Below are positions 39,420 through 52,200 of a DNA stretch of 64,000 nucleotides, piece after piece (position 1 is the stretch's first letter; the number at the start of each line of letters is the position of its first letter). This stretch comes from Rhina ancylostomus (taxonomy: Eukaryota), in assembly GCA_030265395.1 (NCBI GenBank), contig JARFYF010000029.1:30207414-30271413 (forward strand), in the 5' to 3' direction. The translations under genes and the position numbers were made by a program. Below the pieces are notes generated by a model that was not told the DNA's origin, made no database searches, and saw only the letters and a program-made list of their open reading frames with translations.

Positions 39420-39990
39420 GATAGAGCAGTATTTTCTAAATAATGAAAAAACAGCAAAACTCCAAAAAGACTTGGCAGTCCATATTCATGGATCATTGAA
39501 ATGACATGTAGGAGTGTGAATGCAATTAGAATGTTGATCTTCACATACAGAGGACTAGAATCCTCGAGAGTAGAAATGATGTTACAACTATTTTGTTTTT
39601 AAACTGGACCGCAGTAGAGAAATACTTGTAATGTATAAAAGATGATAAATGTTTAGGAGTTTTTTTTCCATAAATGACAACTGATGTTAGATAAAGTGTT
39701 AATTTTTGAAATCCGAGATTCAAAGATTTTTTAAAAAAAAATTCAAAGTATTGTGAGGTAAGGAATAAAGGCTGGCTTGGGATTTGGGTCACAGATCAGC
39801 CATAATCTAAGACACTAGAAGGGCTAATGACCTACTGCTGTTCTTGTGTACTGAGAGGATCCTCTCTGCACAGCTAGCGTCTCAAAGCATTACGCAACAT
39901 ATGAACATACAAATTAAGAGAGTAGGCCACTCAGCCCCTCAGATCATGGTTGATCTGATGCTGACCTCAACTCGGGATTGCAGTCTACTC
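39420..39990. mobile_element. Two CR1 tail fragments tail-to-tail (39420-39850 +, 39895-39990 -)
   Basis: gtcacagatcagccataatct..gaagggctaatgacctactgctgttc on plus; aacatacaaattaagagagtaggccactcagcccctc..atcatgg.tgatctga on minus. Confidence 0.6.
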
Positions 39991-40754
39991 ACTTAACAAT
40001 TCAGTTTCAATGACAGTGCTCAATCATTTTCAGCCATGCCATTGAAATGGTTTCAAGAAACAAATGTGAGATTGTTTACCATTAAGATATTCAGCATCCA
40101 CATTAATTAAGCAGGAAGTGTTGACATGCATGTGTGATACATGGGTGCACATATACATTTAATAATGCAATGTTAGACTTTCAATATCCCAAGCCCTACA
40201 CGCACAGCACTAAAGTTATCTAAAATGCAGCTACTAATCAACAACTCTGAACTAATAGCTTCATACAAATATATAAGGAAGTATATTTAACAAATGAGTA
40301 CTGTTTTAATTTGCAGTTTTAACTTAGAATATTTCTTCAGTCACCAAATTTGTACCAGCTTCAAATTACTTTGATATTTCAAAGCAATCAAGAATCCCCT
40401 TTCACAATGGCTCTTTCAAATTGTGTTAATTTTGATATTCTCATTAAAAGTTTTAAATAATCAGCAATAAAAACAGTTAATATTTAAGCCATTCTAATAT
40501 GAAAGTCTCCTTTACTGATATACTTTCTAACTGCAGTGCAAGTAAGCAATTTTGTTTTCAAAACTAGTTACATTATCTCAGTATCTTCATCCATGGAGGT
40601 AAAATGCATCACTTAATTTTTTTTAAAAAAGAACCTACTGCAACACGTAGCTAGCTATTACAGCAGACGACTACTGACACATTTTCTGTTGGATAGATAT
40701 GACATCAGCTATCAAAACTGTCTCTGTACTTTTTAATAAAATTATGCTTTTAGT

Positions 40755-40915
40755 TCAATGTCCTTTATGGAAGGAAATCTTAGCTATATGTAAATCCTGA
40801 CTCTCAACATTGTGTTCAACTCTTAACAGTCCTCAAAAATGCCACTCAGTTCAGGGATAGTCAAGGGATAGCCAATTGCTGACTTAGCCAATGTCTATAA
40901 TCCATGAATGCATTT
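40755..40915 (+). mobile_element. 3' half of elasmobranch tRNA-SINE (same family as 54030-54346; another piece ~42150-42235 -)
   Basis: aatgtcctttatggaaggaaatct...actcttaac.gtcctc..gccactcagttcaggg..gggat.gc..a.tgctg LINE-like tail. Confidence 0.55.
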
Positions 40916-42271
40916 AAAAAATCAAACTGTATTTATGCAAAAAATAAACACTTGTTAATTTTTATATTTTTCATTCCAAACCATAGTTGGCTACTTGAGA
41001 TCCTTGTCCCTATAAAGTGTAAACATTGTGTAAAAGAATGCCAATCTATCATTGGTTTACTTCAGCGACGTTTACTCTTTATCTTGGTTTTTTTGTTGCA
41101 TTGTTGAACAGCTAATCATACAGTGTTGTAACTTCCACCAAATAGGTTGTTTTCATTAATGTGATCAATGGTCTTTTTGAGTCATAATCTTATAAAGCTT
41201 GAGGAGATGAGACTGCCTTCATCTTCTTTTATCTGTTCTCTATAATTTATAGTAAAGAATTGATTTGTCAGTGAAAAAATTAAACATGACCTTAAATCCC
41301 TTTAGTACATAGGTGCAGGCAAGATTCTGTATGTAGAGCAACTACTAATGGGAAATGAGAATTTATCTAGTTCTGTTTCCTAATCTTTTCAACCTTGGTG
41401 GTAGCCTGTGCTATCCACTTTGTCCCATCAATTCAATTTCTCAGATTTAAAAGGAGAAAGGATGTATTATTTTTCTAATAAAATTCTTTATCCATTTTAG
41501 TCAAACTTTCTAAAGTCTGCCAGAAATGAGTACTGGCAGTTAAATTATTCTCAAAAACCTGTTTTAATAAACATTATCTGAAATTCCTTTGATAAATTTG
41601 TCAAAATGTAAAATTTTACAGCAGACACTTGTCACCCTTAATCATATTGCATCCTTCTATCTCTTTTGGTCCATAATGATATAGACAACAAGACAGGTTT
41701 ATCAAAAAATACTGTCCAATCTCTATTAATATATGGCAATTAATGAGGTATTTTCATTTCTAAAATAATACACTGCATTGTTAACTGAAATGAGTAATTT
41801 TCACTTTGCAAAAAAAATCATTCTTGCTTCAGTTGACATTGCTCTAATTTACATTTATTGCCCTCCTTTCAGATGCATTTCTGAAGCAATTACTATAAGA
41901 ATGTGATTATTAATTTTTCCTACACCAATGAATGTACATTATTTGATAGTATTTCACAGTGCATAGGTTTCCCTGTAAAATATCTAGTCTATGGGGCAGC
42001 TCTCCCAATTTAGAAAACTGCCACCAAACGTACATGAGGAGGCCTTTGGCATGTTGAGAGGGCAGTTGCAATTTTGCTGTGTCCAGATTCAGTGCCTACA
42101 TCAATGCTGGGTGGTTCACTGGGTTTTATTCTTTCTCTGTGTTAACGGAGTGGTCTTGTCCACTTGAATGGATTGCTAAGTCATTTCAGAGGGCAATTCA
42201 AAGTCAACTACATTACTGTGAAGATCACATACTACACTGTTAATCTTCAGGCTGGTTGAAGTCCAACAGTT

Positions 42272-42735
42272 AAGACCATAAGACATAGGAGGAGAATTAG
42301 GCCATTTAACCCAACGAGTCTGCACCGCCATTCGATCATGGCTGATTTATTATTCCCCCTCAACCTCATTCTCCTGCCTTCTCCCCATAACCTTCGATGT
42401 CCTTACTAATCAAGAACCTATCAACCTCCACTTTAAATATACCCAAAGACTTGGCCTCCACAGCTTTCTGTGGCAATGAATTCCACAGATTCACCACCCT
42501 CTGGCTGAAGAAATTCCTCCTCATCTCTGTTCTAAAGGACATCCTTTCATTCTGAGGCTGTGCCCTCTGGTCCTAGACTCTTACTCTACTGGAAACATCC
42601 TCTCCACATCCACTTTATTCAGGCCTTTCAATATTTGGTAGGTTTCAATGATATCCCCCCTCATCTTTCTAAACTCCAGTGAATATAGGCCCAGAGCCAT
42701 CAAATGCTCCTCATGTGTTAACCCTTTCATCCCAT
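42272..42735 (-). mobile_element. Relatively young CR1 LINE 3' end
   Basis: aagaccataagacataggaggagaattaggccatt..gatcatggctgat...ttccacagattcaccaccctctggctgaagaaattcctcctcatctc (reverse EMRRNFFSQRVVNLWNSLP). Confidence 0.92.
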
Positions 42736-45199
42736 TAATTCTTCCAAAGACTGGTCAGTGCCATTATATATCTGAATTAAGGCTACATACTTTAAAAAAT
42801 TACAACTTAAGGAACAAACAATTGACATCAACAGAGGAAAAGTTATTTAGTGCCACAAAGTATAATGCTGCCTTTCGATTAAAGGAGTAATGAGTTCAAT
42901 TTTCAAACACAAGAAAAGGCATTTAACAATCAAAGATTAGTCACAATATTTTGAATTTTAGCAATAGATATGGATCCATAATTCAGAATAGAAAGGAGGT
43001 TTTAATGCTTTTTTCCTCCCTTTTCCACTTCAGCTTAGTCAAATGAGCAATTTTTCCAAATCCATGTTGAGCAAGATGACATAAGCCAGGCAGCAGATAG
43101 TACAACAGACTCGGAGTGATGGGAACTCAATCTGTGACTGTTGAACTAATACATACTGCAGGGATGTCACTAAGATGTACATTTTAACATCGAACAGGAG
43201 GTTTGAGAATACCAACCCCCCCCGCACTAGAATAAAAAGGTCAGTGAAAATATATTAAATGTTTTCCTGTATCCTGTTATCCCTTTTTAAAGATATACTG
43301 ACTCATTCTATATACAATTACTCTATGCCCTCATAAAACTAAATGTAAATGGATCGTGTGCATTAAACTTTTGTGAGCATAACGCTGAGGATATATAATT
43401 AGTTCTTACTATTGAAAGACTTAAAAGTTATCTTCCAGATAGTTGTTTTTTACCAAGGCAGTAAAATACAAATCAAAAGAAACTAAGAGCTAAAGCACTG
43501 ACCACAATTTTTTTCTTATTGCACTACATGCAAGACTAGAAATACTTCAGGGTCTCTTTCACATTTTTGTTATTTCAGAGGAATATTTTCCTGCTGGTTA
43601 TATTCCCTTGGAGATAATGCTGAAGGAAAAATGTCTGGTGGGTTTCTAAGTCATACAGGCTAATTCATTCTCACTTTTGGACAATATCAGCTGTGTGGTA
43701 ATAGGCGCTCCTCAATTAGTCTCAGCATTGCTGAGCTAGAGAGGGCCAAGGGGAGAAAAACAGCTGTGTTTCCCACATCTACTGACCCCCTTGCCTCCAC
43801 CACCCCTATCCGGCCTCTGGAAAGTACACATGCGGACAAGATTGAAATCAATTGTGATTCTCTCTCTGAATGCAAAACCTACTCTCACTCATTGTTTAGA
43901 CTCACACATGAAGAATGGCCACTTGTTTGAAATACTGGAGGGCTAAATGGATGATTAATAATATGAAAATTAATTTTACATACAGACACTTCAGACTGGA
44001 AATAAACTTTAAATTAAGTTAAATCTTCCAGTTTGCTACTGGAGTATTCTCCTACAGGGGCTCCTTGCAGTAATTTAATCTGAGGAGATGGAATATTGAA
44101 ATCAGTGTAAGTCACATAAAATACTGCATTTCTAAAGTTAGGTTCAAGTATTTCAGCAAATGTCAAACTTATAAGCTGCAGAATTAAAGAGATAAAGGAC
44201 TAGATGTAAGAAACACAGATGAATTGTCCACCCAACTGGAAAAACTTGGAAAGCCTCAACTGAGCAACAAAATAATCTGTAAAACTTCACTTTTGGTACA
44301 ATATGTTTTTCAAACCTATCAACTTCTTCCAGCAGATTTTGACAATCATAACATCATCTGAATGATTTAATGATCACACATTTATCTTTTGTTGCTTTAT
44401 TATATGGGTAGTTATATAACCATTGCTCCCATATTCCAGTTTACAAATTATTAATCATTAGGAGACCTTGAGAAAATAGTAGTGGACAGCCCTCTTGAAC
44501 CACTGTAATCTATTCTGGTGAAGATGCTTCCATGAAGCCACTAGGTGAGATTGTTCTAACGTTAGCCCTGCCACAGAGGACTATCGGGTACCCTCCACTC
44601 CCCGTTCAGCTCGTTTCCAATTTCCCCAGCAGTGCATTGAAAAGTGGAAGTTGGAGACGAGCTGGTGGTCAGGAGGACTTTCTGCTCTGCTTCTGGACTC
44701 AGAACAAAGATGCAAGGAAGTGATGGATCAGATGTCAAGTGCATCCTACCCCTCAGCTTTATGCCAACTATAAATAACGTTGCCGATAGTGATTATAAAG
44801 GTAAGTGCAGGTTACATATTTTATTCATATTACTTGAAGATGAAACTTTAAAGTAAAAATTAATTAAAATAAGTCTACTTGAGCAGTTTTACAAAGTCTC
44901 TGTTTTTAATACATGTGGCCCACTTCACCTTGTTCAACAACTTTCAGATATGGAGGATGAACTTAACTTACCTTGTACATCCAGGTTAGTGCAAACAGGT
45001 TTTCACTGTGGCTCACAAGTTGGGTCCGGCATGATCTGACCCATTAAGGTAGAGATTTGATGGTGACAGCCTCATATAAACTTGCTGCCCTAGCCCTATC
45101 AGGTCAAATATTTAGAAGGTGCTGCAGTAAGAGCTGACTTGCTACATCGCTTCCTATAAAGCGCACAGGCTAGGTCATGACGCCATTAACAAATGAGAA

Positions 45200-45815
45200 A
45201 GGTAGATGTTTAGACGAGAGGATGAGATGCCAATCAAGCAGACCGTTTTCCCTAGATAGTTCTGAGGTTCTTGAGCAAATGCTTTTTAAAGAGTTGAAGC
45301 TATTCCCATTCACATATATTCACAATATTCCATCACACTCCTGAGATGTCTTTTAAGTGGTAAAGAGGCACTAGGGAGCAAGTCATTTGGTGCGATACAT
45401 CTACTCTATTGGCTTACTCCAGAAGCCGTGTGTTTCATTTGGTTGATCTAGTTGAGTTTTTGTTCAATGACTATGCCCAAGGTATTCATGCAGGCCAGTT
45501 ACTAAGTAAATGCCACAAGATCTGGACAGTTTTTAAGATTGATTTGATAAGTGGCAAGTAACAAATGGACATACAAGTGTCATCCAATAATCAATAACAA
45601 TAATGGAGTGTCTTTCCATCTCTCCATGATATTGCCATCACCAAGTTAGCCTTCATCAACAACCTGAAGATCACCATTGACCAAAATTTTAATGAAAGCA
45701 GCTACATACTCACCTTTAGCTACAAGGCAGAGTTATTTACTTCATAATTCCTCAAAACATTTCCACCATCCACAATCTGCAAGTCAGAATTGAGATGGAA
45801 TTCTCTCCAATTGCC
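45200..45815. mobile_element. Two head-to-head fragments of the same LINE (45200-45490 -, 45515-45815 +)
   Basis: Plus part decodes DLD....DKWQVT and INNLKITIDQNFN; the minus part is the reverse complement of the overlapping region (ttccatcacactcctga vs tcagaattgagatggaa). Confidence 0.6.
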
Positions 45816-45869
45816 ACATCACAGAGATGTGAGATATTCTGAAGGCAGACATTCATGCTTGGACTGCGC

Positions 45870-46334
45870 TATGCACTGGGCTTGCAGTTAATGTCACAGC
45901 CAACTTTCTAGCCCCCCAAATCATTCCAGGTGGCCATGAGAGATCAGCACTATGCTCTCCAGTGTTAGGAAGCTCCTGATGCTCTGTGCTCAAGGAAAGG
46001 GAACTTCCTCTACTTTTCCTTTAGCACAGAAGATGAGGCTGATCCAGTGGGTGCAATCGTTAATATTGAGAGCTTCACCAAATTTCAAGTAATGGTACAG
46101 TGCACTCCTGCAGCACTTCAGAATTCAATAATCTTCAAGAGTCACAAGGACTTCTGTTCCCTGAACGTATCAGTCATAACTGACCATGAGAAGAATCTTC
46201 CTGTGGCCAGCGCCAGCCTCTCAGGGTGCTCAATATCACTCCTTCATTTTCAGCTAGTCCACTTTGCAAGAGATCCTTTGGTCTGGTGCTGGATCTTGAG
46301 GGAAAGAGGTACCTCCTACTTCCCTGGTTTCTGA
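45870..46334 (+). mobile_element. PIF/Harbinger (DDE_Tnp_4-type) transposase relic
   Basis: LAVNVTANF..SFQVA..., DALCSRKGNFLYF, then SFTKFQVMVQCTPAAL..FKSHKDFCSLNVSVITDHEKNL..SASLSG...CWILRERG/YLLLPWFL. Collinear with Harbinger GFPKVQGAIDCTHVA..NRKGFHSLNVQ.VCDH....ARFPGS.HD...WLLGD.GYPL.PWL. Confidence 0.7.
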
Positions 46335-46699
46335 ATCTGTACTTGCTCCATCGACTCTGGCTCAGGACTGCTTCAGTGAACGCCTCAGCAACACCAGGAC
46401 CTTGGCAGGGAATGTCACTGGCCCACCTAAACTGCTCTCTACACCAGTCTAGGAGTGCACAACAGGCCACATCAAACATTCCTCCACACTCATCATCAGT
46501 TACATCGTGCCCTTTGCCTGAATCACTGCAGCAAAAGGAGAAGCAGAGATCAGCAGCAGACACAACAAATGTCAGTGCTTGAGGATCAGGCGAAGGGCTG
46601 TGGGGAGAGGCACTCACTGGATATGCAATCTGGAACAATTTAATTGCCTGGTGGGATCAAGACCTATGATACTTCACTTTAGGGAAGCATTGGTACATG

Positions 46700-47030
46700 G
46701 TTCTTGTACAGAACTCAGAAAACAATGGCCCTAACACGCCAAGATCATTCAGTTCAGCTCCCCATGTAACAATGTCCAAATGCTCCAAAACTGAAGCCAA
46801 TGAATTTTTAGGCAGTAATCCTTAATGACTTTGAATGCCTGTTTCTGACTATATCCTACATCTAAATTTTTGATTGCCTTCTCCAAACAAAGGAGATGAT
46901 ATTTCATATGGTTCTCCCATAGGAAACAAGGGCACATATTTAAATCAGAACTTAAATGAGAATGTTCATTTTCATTGAATTTTCTAACCACAACTTCAAA
47001 GTACAACAAAACATCCAGCATTCTATCACT
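46700..47030 (-). mobile_element. Highly degenerate CR1 RT fragment
   Basis: Minus ORF contains LDVGYSQKQAFKVI, resembling VDVVYLDFQKAFDKV. Confidence 0.5.
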
Positions 47031-48488
47031 GCTATTGCTGACATTTCAAGATCACTTTTCAGAATCGTGACAATGCAGTATGCTTGTATTTTCATGGATT
47101 ATGTTTAAAACATTAATGCAATTAATTATTACCACTCCATCTGCAAAGCTGGAAACTCTACTGAAATCAATGGGGTACAAATTACCATAGTTGATTTGAA
47201 ATGTGACCTGGAAAGTTGGGTAATGTTTTCAGTGCAGTCATCAATCATGATTTCATTAACGATTTGTTGATTTTGGACTTTTTTAAAAATATAAAAATAG
47301 CACACAATTCACAAGGATAAAAGGCAGGAAGTTATTTTTTTTCTATCTTCTATTTTTGTGAATGGCACTCATTTAAAGAACGTATGCCAGGACATAAATT
47401 GGCTGCCCTTGCCCAATAGCCCTAAGTCAATTTATTTAAATATGTTTCTGGTTCTCCATGTGTGTAGCTCAGGATCGGAAGGATTAAATCGGGTTGGAGT
47501 TACTACTAGCAACAGAAGAACAACTCAATTCACTTACTGTAATTCAGTAGCTCTGATAAAATGTGCAATGCTAGACTGGATAATGTGGTGTGAACTCTGA
47601 CACAGCAGTCAACACTATACGATATCTGCTAGTATATTTATAAAGATAAATGTGAAGACCCTGTGCCAATTTTCTTAGGTGTTATATTACAGCAATTAGT
47701 AAATATGGAATTAAATAGTTGCATAAGTGACTGCTGTGCGCAAGCATTTCAAATTCTACAGATGGATTAGTTGGATTACAGTAGTAGTCCTCTTCATGGT
47801 GACCTAAAGGTTGCCCTGTATGAATAATTCTGCTGCCATAAGTTGCCACATTTAAATAGAATATATTTTTCATGCAAGTTAAATGAATGTGCATTAACAA
47901 CAGTTGTTAAAAAAAATTCACAACTCTAAAATATTGAAATGAAAATAATTCTGGAAGAATTGCTACTGACATCCACAAAAGCATATTGATGTCATATCTA
48001 CACTCACTGGACAAAAATTAAACCAAATCAAATTTGAAATGTGTCACAGATTTTTGGTCTAGGTTCTTTCCATCTTTCCTGAAGGTATCAATCACATTGG
48101 AGTAAAGTTAAATGGATAACATTCACGTTCATAATTTTTGACCATGAAGTCCTGATTTATGTGATAGCAATATACCCTTCTAACATTCCCCCAACCGAGA
48201 CAATTATGCCATTTCTGACAGCAGTGCAGGACACCAGGAAATTCGGGCCTTTTGTGAATTTTACTGTACAACAGCTGCTTTAACTTCCTTTTAAATAGAT
48301 AAACGTTTATGTGACATCTGGCCAACACTGTACAAAGTAGCAGTCAGGCTGAATGTTTGACCCAATTTCATACAAGTCAAATATTAATGCTTCAAAATTT
48401 AACCCAAAACATTTTTAGAATACTATTGCTTTTCTGCAGTTTAGACAAGAATAAAATGATGACTCACAGCTTCAGAAACTATACATAC

Positions 48489-48517
48489 CAGATCCAGAGT
48501 CAAACTTGGTTTCAGAC
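48489..48517 (-). CDS. MSRB3: MSRB3 29-nt microexon: (T)SETKFDSGS(G)
   Basis: Acceptor TAG (plus cta 48518-48520) after a pyrimidine tract, donor GTATGT (plus acatac 48483-48488). Supplies the conserved S..KFDSG.GWP motif in phase with both neighbours. Confidence 0.94.
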
Positions 48518-50725
48518 CTATAAAATGAAAAAGATTACTTTATTTATAAAGATTAACATTTTTGCACGTCTCAATGTGTGTACAATGGCTAGAACCTTGT
48601 GGTGAGAGCAACCTCTGGAGTGCACACATACACAGTTAATTGCAGAAATTCAGAAGTTGATGTCATTGATTTTCCTGTTCTTCCACAGGATTCCTGCTGG
48701 CTGCAAAACACAGGCCAATGTAGTTGCACAAGTTCTATTATGGAAAGGAACAGCAGGCAGTCACTGGTCAATTGTGGCGCATCTATTCCCATCCCAGCTA
48801 ATTCACATGGAGGGAGTGAATATGATTTTTCTGCTGTCTTCATGAGCTGGTACTCCATCCACTGAAACATACCCTTACCTGCTCAACTTTCACTTGTAGT
48901 AGGATGAAAACGATGAGAAAATATAATAGATTTCCTATCAGTTTTCATACCGTGTTGATGTGATGGTTGTCTTAAGCCCATAGCACTGTATCCCAGCAAC
49001 TGTCAACATCCTTAAAAGATAACAGCCAAAGAAAGAACTGGCAAGATTTAAAAGCAAGTTTAGATGATGTGATTATCCTACACTATCACCAATGAATTGC
49101 TCTCAAAAATGTCAAATCAAAAAAATAAAAGCATTGCTTGCTTGTTATATTAAAAAAATTAAAAAGTCGATTCAATTATTTTGCTTGAACTTCATCCAAT
49201 CTTTAGAGGGTTTTTAATTTCATTGTATAATTATTTTTCACTTTTTATCTGCCACTTCTGATAATAATATTGCTGGTCCATTTTTTTTACTGTTATTTTG
49301 ATACATTAGTNNNNNNNNNNAGTGAACTGCAGGCTAAATCATACTACAAGCACAACCCCTCTGAAAACTTGCTAATTAGCTGAGTATGTTAAGAATTTTT
49401 GTATCTTGAAACTCAGTATCTCAAAACCAGATGTCATTTTCCCCCCCTCACTATTTGTTGCGTGGTTAACTGACTAGGCAATTTATACATTTTAAAAGGG
49501 AAAAAAATTCTGCCCTTGTGGGAACATCATGTTTCAGATATAAGTTAATACTAGCTGTAAATTCAGGAGTCTTTGAAGCTCTCCATTCAGCTGTGGGAAA
49601 ACTGCTGTTGGGTAATTACACTCAAGATGCTGCTGATGTGCTGTCAAGCAGAATTAACCCTCAGACTAGGCCTATCCATGCAAGCTGTTACAAGACAGCA
49701 TTGTCTGTATGAGACTCTCGAACCAATTAGTGAGCATGCTCTGGTCAGATTTATATCACACATTAACGCTCAGTTGTATATCTGTCCACAGCTGCCACAG
49801 CAAGATACAAGAATTGCTCAGCAGGAGCCCAGTTAGAGGATGTTACATGCATAAAGGCCTTTCAAATAAAATGTACTAAACTACCTGAGAATGAGGCTTT
49901 AACCTCTTTTCCCCTCACTGATAGATAAAACTAGAGTGCATTTGAAGGTTATAATAGTATTTCATATAAATTTTGAACCTTGGCCAACCAAATCTTTTCT
50001 GACGTACAGCAAAAATAACAGGATTAATTTCTAAGAGTTTAACTTTACTACAATTTTATTGCATCTCTACTTACAATGTAATAAAATTGCCTTTTTAAAA
50101 TCAAGTGATGTATTATTAAAGGACTTGGAACAAATGTTTCATAGTTACAGGGTGCACAAAGTTAATGCAACTGCATAACTACAGCACAAACCAAGCATTT
50201 CAGTATAGTACATTACCACACTGGAAGATAGCATATGCTGAAATAATGCCAGATTTTCAGAGAAACCTCAAAATAGGCATGCATAATTTGAATCAGAACA
50301 AAAGGTTTTCCAATTTACTAAATCACAATTCAGAAATGGACATTTAAAACAACCAAAGGGGTCAGTAAACCAGCAAGATTTATGTTTAGGTCCTTTCATA
50401 TACTTTTACTCTGTTTTACTCCAACATGGTAAGTGTACCGATTCTGAAATTCCTTTCCCATGTCACACCAATTACCTATCCCTTTAAATACTTATCAGAA
50501 TTCAAATCATTGACCAAGCTATCAGACATAATGGCTGGAAATCTGGATATTTAGCACTGGTTTTCTTCAGCACTACACTTCTGGGATGTGGGAAGTGTGC
50601 AAAAACAAACAAAAAAAAGCTTATTTCCCAAGTTAAATGGAGAGCGCAAAGCTGTGAATTTCAACCAGGCACGTGCCCTCCTTTTGCAGCAATGCCTGGA
50701 AAATCGAATCATCTATTTCTTCCAC

Positions 50726-51217
50726 TTTTTATAGTATTTATTTGAGCATGAGGTCAAATAATCAGAGGTGGTAATCCATGGTTAACATAGCATTTCAAGG
50801 AACCTTCACATTTTTTCCCAGGTTACTGCCACTGATATTTCATCTCGTCTTGCAAGCCCCAATGCTGCTCAAGTTGTACTGCAAACTTTCTTCATTCTGT
50901 TCTTTTGTTCCATTTGCTTCTTCCTGGAACCAGCTGACTATGCTTTGCTAAACTGCATTTTGGTTTATTCTTCTTGGTGTAATCCAAGGAATCATGGACT
51001 CTGGCAAAACCTGCAGCTTGGCCAACAACAGCTTGTGTTCGTAGCCCAAAACTGAACATGTCTTCTGATGCCTTTTTGTATATTTTTGTCAAGTTTTCCC
51101 TTGTTTCTGCTTTGGGGACTATAGTTTTGCAAAGTTGAAGGATATCACCAACCATTTGCTTGTGTTGGAGCAAGTGGTCATGAACTTTCTGCTTTTGCTG
51201 GTGACATTATCATTCAT
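50726..51217 (-). pseudogene. RPS24: Processed pseudogene of 40S ribosomal protein S24 (eS24)
   Basis: ATG at 51215-51217 gives MNDNVTSKSRKFMT; after a frameshift LLQHKQMVGDILQLCKTIVPKAETRENLTKIYKKASEDMFSFGLRTQAVVGQAAGFARVHDSLDYTKKNKPKCSLAKH, then in another frame KNRMKKV..T*. This aligns to RPS24 ([49 protein letters not shown]...DSLDYAKKNEPKHRLARH...KNRMKKV). Intronless, with AATAAA at 50737-50742 and an A-rich remnant. Confidence 0.92.
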
Positions 51218-51984
51218 CTTTGGTGCTGCTTTGATGCTTGGCTTTGTGTTTGTCCTTAGGGAATCCCAAACAAGCATGTTTTCATAGGCAGTAGATCTAC
51301 TTAAAATGGGGGCCTTGTGGTGAAGATCCTAACCCAGTAGTGGGAGGCCAGCCCAGATGAGCATCTGTTCTCCTTGGGCCAGGTCCCAATCTCCCTTGCA
51401 ACCCTTGCCCAAGGTCCCCATATCCAGACACCAACCCCACTCCAGGCTCCAATCACTGAGCAGCAGCCCATTTTCCCACACCACCCATCTCCTAACACTG
51501 GCCCACTTTTCCACACCACCCACCTCATGCCCACCCTTGCCTTCACTGTGCATTCATTTCCAGTCTTCATGGTGCCTGAAGGATAGTGTGCAATCATCAA
51601 ACAACAGCACCCAACACCTTGGGCCTTGCATACTTCTGCATTTTACAGCAGTGAGCCCTTCACCAAAATATGCAAACCTATAGAACTCCTACCTCACGTA
51701 ATCCTGGGACCTTTCATTTCAAAAAAGAATCTCTTACCATCTTTTAGCTTATTGTAGACTACATTGAACACAAGGACAGCCCAAGAGGAGAATTTTATGG
51801 GGTGACTCGAAAATTTCTTGCACGAAGTCTGTGTGTGTTCCAGGTGTCTAAAGGGATCTGAATGGCCTAGTGAAGAAGTGTGCCTGCAGAAGACATACAC
51901 TTTGTGCATTGGGGCCATAGCANNNNNNNNNNCTCTCTGCAGCTATAGCCAGGTACTCCTGGTAACAGGTTACAGAGATATCTC

Positions 51985-52200
51985 TGTAAAGGCACTCGGG
52001 CAATCTCTCAATTACTTTGGGAAAGCTTGCCACGCAGACAAATGCCGTTGCCTGCTCCTGAGGGCAGATGAAATTTCCTCTCCTTGAGTTTGGGTGACCT
52101 CACTGATGCAGTAGTGAGCAGCAAACTGAGATGTGGTAAGGATCAACAGCACCAGCCTGGAATAATCCAAGCAGAGGAAGCTTTGTGACCCGGACCTTGA
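51985..52200 (-). mobile_element. PIF/Harbinger transposase relic (N-terminal part)
   Basis: Minus frames give GLFQAGAVDPYH/SQFAAHYCISEVT and AFVCVASFPKVIE, matching GSFQ...GD..ISQ.A.H.CI.EVT...GF..IAGFPKVQG. Confidence 0.6.

Noticed and set aside
44966-44974. Strong donor-like AAGGTAAGT on the minus strand (similar sites at ~48875 and ~31790), considered as cryptic exon or recursive splice site
   Set aside because: No supporting acceptor with polypyrimidine tract and open frame; expected by chance in 40 kb.
46174-46638. 154-aa minus-strand ORF and overlapping ORFs
   Set aside because: No recognisable protein; antisense to a decayed Harbinger relic.
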